Below, one piece after another: positions 1 to 10,397 of a DNA stretch of 64,000 nt. The first letter of the stretch is position 1. Each line of letters begins with the position of its first letter. The DNA is from an uncultured virus (IMG/VR IMGVR_UViG_3300017971_000238) (Duplodnaviria; Heunggongvirae; Uroviricota; Caudoviricetes): the IMG/VR virus record IMGVR_UViG_3300017971_000238. The stretch is one strand, 5' to 3'. The notes below the pieces were generated by a model. The model saw nothing but the letters and a program-made list of their open reading frames with translations, was not told the origin of the DNA and searched no databases. The position numbers were made by a program, and so were the translations under genes.

Positions 1-2828
1 CATCTCCTCCAAACCCGAGAAATCTTATTCTTGATTTCGCGTTCACCAGTCCAAGCCCGTTACCAACGGTAAATATTGCCATGGAAGTGGACTTCGAGAT
101 ACGTGCCATCACGTCCCCTTCTCCCGGATGGACGACATTAGACCTGCGTGATGAGGAAGATGATGAAATGTTCGGTGTGAGATGGGAGGAAGGTGTTGGC
201 ATAGAAGTTAGTAATGATGGTGGATATATACTCGTGAGTGTGCTTACTCTCGGACAGGATTACCACGTGAGGCTGGCAACATTTGGCACGAACCAGCATC
301 AGGTATGGATAGATGGGGATTTCAAGGGCACGTTCACGTCACGCATCACCTTCAACAGTGGCGTGAACTCGATACATATCGAAACGAATAATGTTTCCAC
401 GGCATACACGTACATCGACAATATCGAGGCAGACTGGACGAAGACACCTCCAGTGGCAGATGCGCCATTCGTTCACAGGAGAGTCGTCACCAGTCCACAA
501 TTAAGGAAAATATATGACAATCATCTATTGGTAGAGGAGATTACAAATCCCCCAACTTCATACGATCTCAAGACCTGCATCATCTCCGGTATCACGATGT
601 CAGATTACCCGTACATGAACATGTTTGGTGGGAGATCGCTGGAATCGTACAGGACGCAAAGAACATTACCAAACGAGTTCACGTTGCATGGTATTGATAT
701 TGGAATAGTGGACGAATGGAAGGGAATTTCCCTCCCGTATTGCATCAGATCCAACAACACGGTCCCACATTATATAGAAGATGCGGTGGATACTGGAAAC
801 GAGAACGGATCGTGGGAGGCATGGGTCCACGTGGACCCCGCATACAATGCAGAATTTTCCGTGGAATTCCATGGGTCTGGAGGGCTTGCATGGAGATGTT
901 ACCTTCTCAATGGCAACCTGTACAACAATTCCGACACGTTGCTATGCGCATTTGGAAACAAGGCATGGCACCATCTCCTGATAGATTACAATGTTTCTAC
1001 ACATCTCGTTGATATAACAGTAGATGGTGTGCTTCTCGTGACCAATGATACATTCACGAATAATACGGAACCATTCACCAAGATATTAATCGGGTGGATG
1101 TCTCCATGCAACGATAGTATCGTGTACATTGCTGGGATGCAATGCTCCGAGATTTCCAACGTCGATGAAAGCACGTCTGAACTGAGTGGTGATGGTATTG
1201 ATCTACAATCAGCAATTTCATACAGGACAAACGGTATAGATTGCCAGTCTCGCCAACAATCACCAGAGAAATTCCTCGTTGGTCATCACCGCACCGGGCA
1301 ATCACTATTGTCTATTCTTGCCCAAGAAAAAATGCCATCCCGGAAGTATGCGCTATCGTGGATCGGTGACAAGTTAATATCATTCAACGAACCAGCAAGC
1401 TTATCCAAGTGCCACAAGGCCACGTATAACTTTGATAGGGACATCGTGGGGGAGCATCCGAAAGGTTGTTTCCAAATATTGGAAACAGGAAACGTGTATG
1501 TTCAAGTAATACAGTCCTTGTCTGGACACGAAAAGGTACTGAAGATCTCGGATTCTGATGCGAGTGGTTCAGCGTATAGCATCCTGCGATTTGAGAATCG
1601 TGTTGAAGGTGTTATAGAGCTGTGGATAATGAGTTCCTCCGTGGAAGCAAGCAAGATAATATATATCAGTATAGGATCTTCGGTCACGGAGGCCTCGTTG
1701 ATAATGAACACCGGCCATTGGACATCCCATCTGGGGGCATTCGATGGCAATCCCGCATACGAAGCGAATAGATGGTATCACGTGAAGATACAATTTGATT
1801 GTGTGACAGACGTGGCAAATATATGGATAGATGGTGTGCAACTACTATATTCGGCGAGTGCTGATATACCATTTACAGGTACACCATCAGCCATAAAAAC
1901 ACTCGATATTCACACCGTCCTATCACATGTGAATTATGATTGCCATATCGATGCCATCGGTTTTTCTTGGGATCCATTGTATAATATAGGCGATAATCTC
2001 AAGTACGACGTGGAAATAGTTGAACGGATGCTCCTGCAACCAAGGGAATTCTCCAGTGATTTCACCACGAAAGATTCGATATTGTGGACGAGGAGACCGA
2101 TAGATATTATAAATCATGAGGAGGTTCCGTTGCTTTACAAGGCTCCCGGTGGAACGGGACCGCTATACATGGAATTCTCTGCTAGTGATGAGATGTTCGT
2201 GGAATCAGTGGTTGGTGGGCACAAGACTGCCATGAGAGTGGAATCTGGAGAGTACGTGTACAGGACGTTTACATCACACACGTCAGGTGTCGTGGAAATG
2301 TGGGTTTATGATTCCGGTGACGACACGCAGTATTACGAGGTGGCTTTCATGGAAGGTAGCACGGATAGATTCACCATGCAGGTGGACAATACCAACAGGT
2401 ACATGAGATATAATACATCTGCACAATTTCGATTGGATGTATCCACGTATGTAGTATCGGGTACGGGGTGGCATCACTTGTACATGGATTATGATGGTAG
2501 TAATGTGGTAGTATACATGGATGGTGTATTATTGTATGACTCTTCCATGAATAGTTATATATCGTATATATCAAGTGGAGATGTCGATAGGTTGGAACTG
2601 AGGTGCTTGGGCACGTCTGGATATGATGCGTATTTCGATGCAATCGGAATTTCGGAAGATTCGTTGTATGCCATTGGAGGGAACAGGTATCCTTGGGAAG
2701 GAGAGAAGGCTAACTCCATCGTGGCGTACAACAAGAATATTGTAGTTGATGGAAAATCATTACCATATAAAATATGTGAAAAAGACAGCATATTGCTGGT
2801 CTCGAAAGGTTTAAATAACATAAGTTAG
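1..2828 (+). CDS. Large virion/tail protein with repeated LamG/concanavalin-like beta-sandwich domains (probably 5'-truncated by window)
   Basis: 915-aa ORF from 81; the frame appears open upstream. Repeated W(Y/H)H-x-x-(I/M)...(I/V)xxDG units and DAIG(F/I)S ends. Lies upstream of tail-fibre genes. Confidence 0.6.
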   Translation, partial: SPPNPRNLILDFAFTSPSPLPTVNIAMEVDFEIRAITSPSPGWTTLDLRDEEDDEMFGVRWEEGVGIEVSNDGGYILVSVLTLGQDYHVRLATFGTNQHQVWIDGDFKGTFTSRITFNSGVNSIHIETNNVSTAYTYIDNIEADWTKTPPVADAPFVHRRVVTSPQLRKIYDNHLLVEEITNPPTSYDLKTCIISGITMSDYPYMNMFGGRSLESYRTQRTLPNEFTLHGIDIGIVDEWKGISLPYCIRSNNTVPHYIEDAVDTGNENGSWEAWVHVDPAYNAEFSVEFHGSGGLAWRCYLLNGNLYNNSDTLLCAFGNKAWHHLLIDYNVSTHLVDITVDGVLLVTNDTFTNNTEPFTKILIGWMSPCNDSIVYIAGMQCSEISNVDESTSELSGDGIDLQSAISYRTNGIDCQSRQQSPEKFLVGHHRTGQSLLSILAQEKMPSRKYALSWIGDKLISFNEPASLSKCHKATYNFDRDIVGEHPKGCFQILETGNVYVQVIQSLSGHEKVLKISDSDASGSAYSILRFENRVEGVIELWIMSSSVEASKIIYISIGSSVTEASLIMNTGHWTSHLGAFDGNPAYEANRWYHVKIQFDCVTDVANIWIDGVQLLYSASADIPFTGTPSAIKTLDIHTVLSHVNYDCHIDAIGFSWDPLYNIGDNLKYDVEIVERMLLQPREFSSDFTTKDSILWTRRPIDIINHEEVPLLYKAPGGTGPLYMEFSASDEMFVESVVGGHKTAMRVESGEYVYRTFTSHTSGVVEMWVYDSGDDTQYYEVAFMEGSTDRFTMQVDNTNRYMRYNTSAQFRLDVSTYVVSGTGWHHLYMDYDGSNVVVYMDGVLLYDSSMNSYISYISSGDVDRLELRCLGTSGYDAYFDAIGISEDSLYAIGGNRYPWEGEKANSIVAYNKNIVVDGKSLPYKICEKDSILLVSKGLNNIS
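2803..2817 (+). promoter_or_regulatory. Archaeal-type BRE-TATA promoter
   Basis: CGAAAGGTTTAAATA about 20-30 nt upstream of the 2838 ORF. Confidence 0.55.
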
Positions 2829-2837
2829 AAGAAGAGC

Positions 2838-3461
2838 GTGAAAAATGCCATGAAATTAAAAGGAACAGTGGAACTCTACCAGATCGATCGCAAGACCGGG
2901 CAGATATATAACAGGAATGTTGGCCCGAATATGATTGTTGAGACAGGGAAGGAGTTCATGCTTGACGAGGCCTTGGATAACGACAAGTGGAATAGTGGTA
3001 GTGGCGTGTCTGCTATCGCGCTTGGAATTTCCACGGATACCAATGATGGAGTGCTAGGGCCTAACGTGGGAAGAGAAGTGGACGTTAGTGGACCATGGCA
3101 GGGTGTTTCCGAGGATGACTGGAGATTAACATCCGAAATTGCCAGATCTTCGATAATTAAGAATGCCACGAGCAGTATTGACCAGAGGATAGATATATTT
3201 GCCCAGTTTGTCGATGCGCAATTTTCCGGGTACGAGAGTGGATCTTTTGCACCGATACGCGAGGTTGGCCTATTCTTGCATCCTACCACCCCTCCGGCAC
3301 AGAATCCACAGGATTATCCTGCCAATAAACCATATGCCATGGTTGGCAGGAGATTGTATTACGGGAAGAACGTGGTCACCGGGAAGTTCGTTGATGCGCC
3401 GTATTGGAAGCCCATCGATGGAAACCCGTTGATGATGAAATATACACTGGAGATGTTGTAA
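2838..3461 (+). CDS. Phage tail-collar/baseplate-associated protein
   Basis: NMIVETGK...AIALG...LTSEIAR...IREVGLF pattern typical of tail-collar fibre attachment proteins. Confidence 0.6.
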   Translation: MKNAMKLKGTVELYQIDRKTGQIYNRNVGPNMIVETGKEFMLDEALDNDKWNSGSGVSAIALGISTDTNDGVLGPNVGREVDVSGPWQGVSEDDWRLTSEIARSSIIKNATSSIDQRIDIFAQFVDAQFSGYESGSFAPIREVGLFLHPTTPPAQNPQDYPANKPYAMVGRRLYYGKNVVTGKFVDAPYWKPIDGNPLMMKYTLEML

Positions 3462-3462
3462 A

Positions 3463-4077
3463 ATGCCAATTGGACCGTATGAAAACTTTGGAGAATGCGT
3501 GGCCGCGCAGAAGAAAAAGGGAAAGAGTGATGAATCCGCAAGGAAGATCTGTGGTGCCATGGAACAGAAGATGAAACAGAAAAAGGAGATCGAGGATAAG
3601 ATATTCGAGATCCAGTCAGAAATCGTAGACGAGAAACTTGCCAAGCTGAGCTCGAAAGCGAGGAAGGACCTTCCAAAGGGCGCATTTGCCATACCTGAAA
3701 AACGGGCGTATCCCATTCATGATAGGGCGCACGCGGCGAATGCCCTTTCACGGGTATCGCAACACGGGACACCATCCGAAAAGGCCCGTGTTAGGGCAGC
3801 GGTGTGCAGGAAATACCCTGATCTTCCAGCATGCAAGAAAGAGAAGAAGAAAAACGAGATCGTTCTCAAGGCAATGGAAATGAACATTGACCTGAATATC
3901 ATAGAGGAGATGCTCAACGAGAACACCTTGAAGTCAAAGGTGGAATCCCTGCTTGGTGCAATCATTGACAGGTGGGTGAATAGCGGTGCGAAAAAATCTG
4001 ACATCGATGCATTCAGGGAAGCCATGTGGCTCTACAGGGATCTCAATATTGACGATAAAAAAGGCGTGATAATGTAA
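3463..4077 (+). CDS. Basic virion-associated protein (DUF6582-like)
   Basis: ARKDLPKGAFAIPEKRAYPIHDRAHAANALSRV motif; N-terminal PYENFGECV...ARKICG. Confidence 0.5.
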   Translation: MPIGPYENFGECVAAQKKKGKSDESARKICGAMEQKMKQKKEIEDKIFEIQSEIVDEKLAKLSSKARKDLPKGAFAIPEKRAYPIHDRAHAANALSRVSQHGTPSEKARVRAAVCRKYPDLPACKKEKKKNEIVLKAMEMNIDLNIIEEMLNENTLKSKVESLLGAIIDRWVNSGAKKSDIDAFREAMWLYRDLNIDDKKGVIM

Positions 4078-4078
4078 A

Positions 4079-6844
4079 ATGGCGAACAGTAAATGGGAAC
4101 GCGATTTCCATGACTATTCCGGGCTTCCGGGAAGAAACAAGATAGTCCCGGAAATATTCAACAACGAGGAATTGCTTGATGGAAATCCCGGTCTACAGAA
4201 GGCAATACGCGAAATATTCCACTCGTTGCATTACAACAGGATACTGCATGACGAGGGAACTGGAGACCTTGCACCGAGTGGCGTGTACACGAATGTTTCC
4301 ACTGCCAGCGGGTACATCATGGTGGTGAATGATGATGGCTTATCCGAAATCAAGTACGTGGCACCAACAACGGGAAACACGCTCGCCGGTGGGACGGAAA
4401 ACATTCTTGTCTGTACCAAGGATGGGACCATTACCGTGAGGACAAATCGTGCATCATGCTTGGATACAGACATTCCGATTGCTGGAAGAAGGCCAGCCGA
4501 TAACGCGTTGGTGAATTTCCGCAACATGGAAAAAGGAGATAGGAAAATTTACAAGGCGTTCGATGCCATCGACGTGACGCAAGGCATCACCATTGGTGGA
4601 GAATTGCGCACACCAAGAATTTACAACGCGTTTGGCACTAGCGTGATCTTTGATGACAACATCAACATGGGAGAGCATGCAATATCGAACGTGACCGAAC
4701 TCTATGCCACGACTTATTATAGTAATGATAATGATGATGATTTCATCGCCGCAGCTGGTAGCGATGATGACGTGTTGTTGAGGACAAACCAAGCCATGCG
4801 GATACAAACGATTGCGCAAGCTGACGAGTTCGTGTTCGATACCGTGACGGATGCGATCTGGCAGACTACCGATTCCGGCAAGCTTGGAAAATCTGGTGAT
4901 GATTGGGTTGAATTGTGGATACAATCCATTAGAAGGACAGCAGGGAACATAGCATTCCAAAATGGCATTGAAATGAATGGCAATGATATTGATCTCCAGA
5001 ATGGCGTGCTAAAAAGTGGTGGAGGAGACATTGATCTTGGCGATAACTTGGATATGAATGGACACACGATAATAAATACCCTTGGCGCGGTTAACCTGAA
5101 TGACGATGTTGACATTAATGGCACATTGGACATGGCCACGAACGATATTAACATGAATGGAAATGCCGGTTCTGGAGGCGGGATCATCCGGATGGATAAT
5201 GGGAGCATCACGGATGCGTCTCAGGTGAACACCGCAAACTTGAGATCGCAGGATGGCGCAGGTACTGGCATCATCATGGGATCGGAAATGAACATGAACG
5301 GGTATGATCTCCAGATGAACGAGGTCGTGACTGGTGGTGGTGACATTCTCATGGCTGGAGGTTCCATCGAATACCTCACCAAGATCAACGGGAACGTGTA
5401 CTTCTGCAACACCGAATCAGAGCTCACGGCCGCAATCACTGCAATCGGCTCTGGAACAGGTATCATCATCCTCCACGGAGAAATGAACATCTCCACGCAA
5501 ATCACTATAAACAATGCATATGCACGAATAACAATGATGGGAGGCACGGAGGGATGCAGGATAACATCGTCCAATGCGACTCCATTTCATATACAGAGTT
5601 GTGGATCGTTTTGCTTGAGGGATGTAGCGATTATATCATCCAATTCCACGAATACCACGGCAGGAATATTACATATCGGGAATACCGCAAGAAATATTCT
5701 TATCCATAATGTCACGGTTCAATGCATCGCAGCATCATCAACGAGAACTGGTATATGGAGTCAAATAAATGTACATACAAGATTGGTAATAAGGGATTGT
5801 TACATATTTGGTGTACAACATGGTATAAATGTCGATCAGCCCCCACCATCAACAGGAACTCCATCTTTAATATCTGGAAACAAAATATCTTTAGCTCCGT
5901 CGAGTACAGGAAGTTCAGTAGGAATAGGGTGTGCTCCCTTTAGTAGAGTAGAGGGAAACAGGATAACGTGTTCCACAAGTGTCGCGGCGGAAATATACGG
6001 AATATCTACCGATGAACAGTCCACGATGATAGGCAATGATATAAGAATTATTTATAGTGGTAGTTCCAATGGTATAGTTGGCATACTTGGCGGTAGTACA
6101 GATATTTGTATTTCCAGTAACAGGATACATATAGAATCTGGAGGAACGCAGGGTATTGGAATATCAGTTGTAAACGACACGGCGACAGTTGTTGGAAATT
6201 TCATATATGTAAGCTCTCCTTCAATATCATCCGTTTCATCTGGAGGCATTTTAATTAAAAGTAAATATAATGTCGTATCATCAAATAATATCGAGGTGAG
6301 TAGTGGTCATGGTGCAATTGGTATATGGATATTTGACGGTGGTGATGATTATAATACCATTTCTAATAATACCATTCACAATATATCTGGCGGAGATGCA
6401 GTTTATGGTATAAGATGTAATAGCAATTTCTGTACAATTACTGGAAATAATATTAGAGCCATCAGCACTACTGCCAATGGATTGTATGGAATAGCTGCTG
6501 ATACTAATAACAACATCAATGGTAATTCCCTGATCGATTTAGATGGAGGAACTGTTAATACATATGGAATATATTCTCTAGGTATTTCTGCCATAACCGG
6601 TAATTCTGTTTTTGGCATAACTGGTGGCACGGAATACGGTATATACGTGAGTGGAAATTGGGCAACTATTACTGGTAATATGTTGTACATAGCAACAGGG
6701 ACAAATGCTATATATTCTGGTCAATATACAACAGCGGTTGGAAACATAGCAGACGCAATTACTGTAGGGACAAACAGCGAACCGGAAAATGGCTCTGGCT
6801 CGTCTGAGTCTCCGGGAGTCACAGATGTAAACGTGATACATTAA
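4079..6844 (+). CDS. Tail fibre/spike with C-terminal right-handed beta-helix (receptor-binding protein)
   Basis: 921 aa; DMNGxxI repeats, then many I(S/T)GNxI...GI beta-helix repeats. Confidence 0.7.
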   Translation: MANSKWERDFHDYSGLPGRNKIVPEIFNNEELLDGNPGLQKAIREIFHSLHYNRILHDEGTGDLAPSGVYTNVSTASGYIMVVNDDGLSEIKYVAPTTGNTLAGGTENILVCTKDGTITVRTNRASCLDTDIPIAGRRPADNALVNFRNMEKGDRKIYKAFDAIDVTQGITIGGELRTPRIYNAFGTSVIFDDNINMGEHAISNVTELYATTYYSNDNDDDFIAAAGSDDDVLLRTNQAMRIQTIAQADEFVFDTVTDAIWQTTDSGKLGKSGDDWVELWIQSIRRTAGNIAFQNGIEMNGNDIDLQNGVLKSGGGDIDLGDNLDMNGHTIINTLGAVNLNDDVDINGTLDMATNDINMNGNAGSGGGIIRMDNGSITDASQVNTANLRSQDGAGTGIIMGSEMNMNGYDLQMNEVVTGGGDILMAGGSIEYLTKINGNVYFCNTESELTAAITAIGSGTGIIILHGEMNISTQITINNAYARITMMGGTEGCRITSSNATPFHIQSCGSFCLRDVAIISSNSTNTTAGILHIGNTARNILIHNVTVQCIAASSTRTGIWSQINVHTRLVIRDCYIFGVQHGINVDQPPPSTGTPSLISGNKISLAPSSTGSSVGIGCAPFSRVEGNRITCSTSVAAEIYGISTDEQSTMIGNDIRIIYSGSSNGIVGILGGSTDICISSNRIHIESGGTQGIGISVVNDTATVVGNFIYVSSPSISSVSSGGILIKSKYNVVSSNNIEVSSGHGAIGIWIFDGGDDYNTISNNTIHNISGGDAVYGIRCNSNFCTITGNNIRAISTTANGLYGIAADTNNNINGNSLIDLDGGTVNTYGIYSLGISAITGNSVFGITGGTEYGIYVSGNWATITGNMLYIATGTNAIYSGQYTTAVGNIADAITVGTNSEPENGSGSSESPGVTDVNVIH

Positions 6845-6855
6845 AGGAGATAAAA

Positions 6856-7656
6856 ATGTACAAGACAGGAAAGATAGCAATAATAGCATGCGCCATTGCT
6901 GGCGCGTTTCTATGCGGGTTATTCATAGATCTAAATGGATGCCCTGATGGAGACGTACTCGTGAATAATGATTGTATCTCCATAACTTCCGTGAAGGATG
7001 GACAGGAGGTGCATTCCAAGGTGGTCATAGATGCGCACGTCACCGGGAACGTCACGGCAATCACGGTTGACGTGAATGGCACCGTGATAGCAAACTACGT
7101 GCCATATACATGGAATAACATAGAGGCACGGGCAGGCAATTACAACATCACGGTGACGGCAACCCTGTGGAAAACAAATTCCACCATCCGGAACAAGTCA
7201 TTCGAGCTGAACATCACCAGAAGCGTCATGGTGATCATTCCCGAGAAAGAGATTTATATTGGCGACAGGAACAACTTCACCGAGCCGCATGTTATCCACG
7301 AGGGACAAGACGTGATATGGGCCAATGGCACAGTGAACTTTACCCGTGTCGAGGTGAGGAATGGAGGTAATCCGTACAACACGGTATCAGAGCCGGTTGA
7401 CGTGTATGGTAATCTAACGGTAATAAATTGCACCATCGTGGCGGAGAGATATATATTTATCAGGAAAAACTCATCTGTATCTTTTTACAATTGCACGGTA
7501 CATGGACAAGTATGCACTTGTGATATGTCTTCCATGACAGTCATGGACTCTTTCGTGCATGGTGTATCGGCATTTGGACATTCAAGGATAGAGATGATAA
7601 ATTCCACATATCAAACTGGCGGATGGGAAGATAATGGAACACTGGTGATTTTGTAA
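6856..7656 (+). CDS. Secreted/membrane-anchored glycoprotein (Ig-like plus short beta-helix)
   Basis: N-terminal hydrophobic segment; 15 N-x-S/T sequons in 266 aa. Confidence 0.6.
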   Translation: MYKTGKIAIIACAIAGAFLCGLFIDLNGCPDGDVLVNNDCISITSVKDGQEVHSKVVIDAHVTGNVTAITVDVNGTVIANYVPYTWNNIEARAGNYNITVTATLWKTNSTIRNKSFELNITRSVMVIIPEKEIYIGDRNNFTEPHVIHEGQDVIWANGTVNFTRVEVRNGGNPYNTVSEPVDVYGNLTVINCTIVAERYIFIRKNSSVSFYNCTVHGQVCTCDMSSMTVMDSFVHGVSAFGHSRIEMINSTYQTGGWEDNGTLVIL

Positions 7657-8216
7657 TGGCAACAAGAACAGGACCAGAAGAAGTTGTAGAAAAACCGGAA
7701 GTAAAGCAACCGATTCCACCGAAGCTTCCAGCAACGGTGGACACGGTAAAGGAAAAGTTGTTCGATGATATACATGCCATCATCGACAGCCTCATGCCAG
7801 ATATTGTAGGCGGGGCGAAGAACAGCATGAAGGAAGAGCTGAAGCGTAAGGTGGACTCTTGGGAAAAATCCATCAACAAGAACGCCGCCGGTGCCTTGAA
7901 CGAGATCCAAAAGCAAGTAACTGATGCTATCAGGGAAATCCAAAAGGACAAGGAAGCAGCTGGTAAACTCTTCCTACAGAGTTTAGACGATTGGGCAAAG
8001 GCCACTGGAGCTGGGAGCTCGGTGGTTGATGGACTTGCCCTTCTCGGTGAACCGGAGACGATAGATGCAATAAAAACGCTCATCAACCTCTGGAAGGACC
8101 GGGAGAAAGGAAAACACGAGATTACAGTGGACGCACCGAAGCTCATATACCAGCTAATCCTTCTCATTAGTGGTATCGTAAGCCTCGTCGTGTGGATCAT
8201 GGGAATGGTCTCGTAA
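7656..8216 (+). CDS. Coiled-coil protein with C-terminal transmembrane helix
   Basis: Helical K/E-rich body; LIYQLILLISGIVSLVVWIMG tail. Confidence 0.55.
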   Translation: MATRTGPEEVVEKPEVKQPIPPKLPATVDTVKEKLFDDIHAIIDSLMPDIVGGAKNSMKEELKRKVDSWEKSINKNAAGALNEIQKQVTDAIREIQKDKEAAGKLFLQSLDDWAKATGAGSSVVDGLALLGEPETIDAIKTLINLWKDREKGKHEITVDAPKLIYQLILLISGIVSLVVWIMGMVS

Positions 8217-8229
8217 TTCTCCCATTTTT

Positions 8230-8973
8230 TTGATCACCATGGACATATTTTCTCTTGAGTTCTGGAATGAACTCTTTTCCAAGGGGGGCTTAGCCCTAAC
8301 GGTCCTCGGGCTTGCCATCGTATTCGTCGTGAAGGTATATACCTTCATCAAGAAACTACGACGCGGAAAAGAGGAAGTCTGGAGCGAGCGCATGGTACGC
8401 AAGATTGTCAAGCATCTTGGAGCAGGGCAGTTCCTAGATGCAATCATAATTGTTAACGATCTTCTCCGTATCATCCCTGCCGAAGACATGGTAAACCTCC
8501 TCATCGAATTTCGAGACAAGTTTGATCTCAAGATGGAAATGAAAGATAGCATGCTGGACCTCAAGAACCTCCTCACGTTTGAGAAAAACGTCATTTCCAA
8601 TCCAATCCACGACATCCTCTCCGAGTACAAGAGAATGAAACAAGTGGCCGTCATGAAAAACAAGAAACGTTGGAACCGCCTGAAGAAGAAAAAGAAAGTG
8701 AAGATGGCAATGGAAGGCATTCTCTCGCACTACAAGATCCTAAGAAAGAATGCGATTGATGAGGCACGAAGGAAGGGGCGAGTGGAGATGATAGAGAGAA
8801 AGATAGAAGCCATCGTCAATGAGAATAATATAGAAAGGAACCGGCGCATACGCCATAAGATAGAAACGTTCAACGAGGAAAAGCGCATCAAGGAAGACGA
8901 GGAAAAGAAAAAGAAAATGAGGGAAGATCTTTACGAGCTGTTTGGTGGTCAGAAATCGGCGAACGGGTCATAA
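8230..8973 (+). CDS. Membrane-anchored basic coiled-coil protein (possible lysis/egress role)
   Basis: N-terminal TM GGLALTVLGLAIVFVV; K/R-rich; last gene of the + strand structural block. Confidence 0.5.
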   Translation: MITMDIFSLEFWNELFSKGGLALTVLGLAIVFVVKVYTFIKKLRRGKEEVWSERMVRKIVKHLGAGQFLDAIIIVNDLLRIIPAEDMVNLLIEFRDKFDLKMEMKDSMLDLKNLLTFEKNVISNPIHDILSEYKRMKQVAVMKNKKRWNRLKKKKKVKMAMEGILSHYKILRKNAIDEARRKGRVEMIERKIEAIVNENNIERNRRIRHKIETFNEEKRIKEDEEKKKKMREDLYELFGGQKSANGS

Positions 8974-9449
8974 TCGCCTTCAATTTTAACATTCGCATTT
9001 TTCTTGGGCACTGGTAATGGTTCGGGTGGAGGTTTCGGCCCGATGAGTTTTTCCAAGTATGCTGGTATTTTTTTTGTATTTTCCGGTTGCTTGATGTCGT
9101 GGAGCTGCTCCTTGAGGCGCGCTATCTCTGCCCACAAGTCGTTCTCGCTGGGGGCTTTCTTCCCTTTCTTCAACCCGTATTCCTGTTGCTTTACCGATTT
9201 GATCCTCGCAATTCTTGTCGCTTCTTCTGGTGTCATGTCGTGCGGGTTGAATTCTTTCGTGTTGAAGATTACTGCCATGCCACATCCCGGCATCTGGCAC
9301 GTATTTTCTGAAATGCAGTCCAACCCGCCACAATAAGGACACTCGTTCTTGGTAACTACCGGGATGTTGTTGACTGCTTCCCTTTCAGGTTGTCCCCTGT
9401 CACCACGTTCGGTTATGTATTTTTGCATCAAGTCTATTTCTTCAGCCAC
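8949..9449 (-). CDS. Zn-finger protein ending in DPFADF
   Basis: CPYC...CQMPGC; shared C-terminal motif. Confidence 0.6.
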   Translation of the reverse strand: MAEEIDLMQKYITERGDRGQPEREAVNNIPVVTKNECPYCGGLDCISENTCQMPGCGMAVIFNTKEFNPHDMTPEEATRIARIKSVKQQEYGLKKGKKAPSENDLWAEIARLKEQLHDIKQPENTKKIPAYLEKLIGPKPPPEPLPVPKKNANVKIEGDYDPFADF

Positions 9450-9834
9450 GTATGATCACCCTAGGCATGGGGGGAATTATTTTATTGAACGGGTCTACTT
9501 CTGTTTGGTGTGGAAGTACGATAGTGAGTCCTTGAAAGGGGGTCTTCGCGCCATTTACATAAAACTCTGTGAGGAGACCCCAGTCAAGTGGTATTGGATA
9601 TTCCTTTACCTGCGAGTTCGCGTGGAACCTTTCCTTCAGTGCTATTGTGGGAGGAATGCAAAGGACATACTTGTACGCTTTTATTGGTATGCATATGAAT
9701 TCTTCCCCATTATCGTTTTTTATAATGGCTACTCTCGATTTTATTTGCACCGGGGGATGCGGTAACTGCTCCACGGCATCGTCTTGGACATCGATTTCAT
9801 CGATTTCCTGCCCGGTTTCATCTTCTTTAGTCAT
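9442..9834 (-). CDS. Hypothetical protein
   Basis: 130-aa ORF overlapping the downstream gene in operon style. Confidence 0.5.
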   Translation of the reverse strand: MTKEDETGQEIDEIDVQDDAVEQLPHPPVQIKSRVAIIKNDNGEEFICIPIKAYKYVLCIPPTIALKERFHANSQVKEYPIPLDWGLLTEFYVNGAKTPFQGLTIVLPHQTEVDPFNKIIPPMPRVIIRG

Positions 9835-9870
9835 TGCCTGCGCACCTTTAAAGTCGTTTCCCTGTCGAGC

Positions 9871-10161
9871 CTATTTCCCGTCCTCGTTAATTTTATCGGG
9901 TTTCTCGTGGAGTGCATCAATATCATCCTTTGACATTATGAACATTACCACTTCACCTTTCTGTCCAAACTCGTCAAGAAAGTCTTGGACATAATCTTTC
10001 TTGATCTCCACACGTATTCTCCATTTCTCCTTTCCATTTTTGGTAGTGGTGAGATACGTGTTGATCCTTCCGCCATACAGGGAGGAGATTGGGAGATGTG
10101 TTTCTCCACTGCCGACGCACACGGGACATATATTGGATTCCGCTTCTTCTTTCACTGCCAT
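9871..10161 (-). CDS. Hypothetical protein
   Basis: Likely start MAVKEE; tiles with neighbours. Confidence 0.45.
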   Translation of the reverse strand: MAVKEEAESNICPVCVGSGETHLPISSLYGGRINTYLTTTKNGKEKWRIRVEIKKDYVQDFLDEFGQKGEVVMFIMSKDDIDALHEKPDKINEDGK

Positions 10162-10163
10162 GT

Positions 10164-10397
10164 TTAACCGCCTAGTTGTTGTATTTGTACAAGCAGGTTC
10201 GTTTTCTCCGTTTCCCATGCTTCCTTTTCCTGCAGGTACAGCTCTTCTGCTCTGGTGATATTGGATATTGCGTTGACAATATCCTCGTGTTTTATTTTCA
10301 TGAAATCTCCAGCCTTCGAGATCCTATCACCTTTTAGATTTTGTGCCTTCGCTATTAACTTGCAGGCATAATCCAGATAATTTTCGACGTTTACCAT
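10164..10397 (-). CDS. Hypothetical protein
   Basis: Likely start MVNVENY overlapping the nrdD stop. Confidence 0.45.
   Translation of the reverse strand: MVNVENYLDYACKLIAKAQNLKGDRISKAGDFMKIKHEDIVNAISNITRAEELYLQEKEAWETEKTNLLVQIQQLGG

Noticed and set aside
4079..6844. Diversity-generating retroelement targeting the tail fibre
   Set aside because: No reverse transcriptase and no TR/VR-like repeat pair seen in the window
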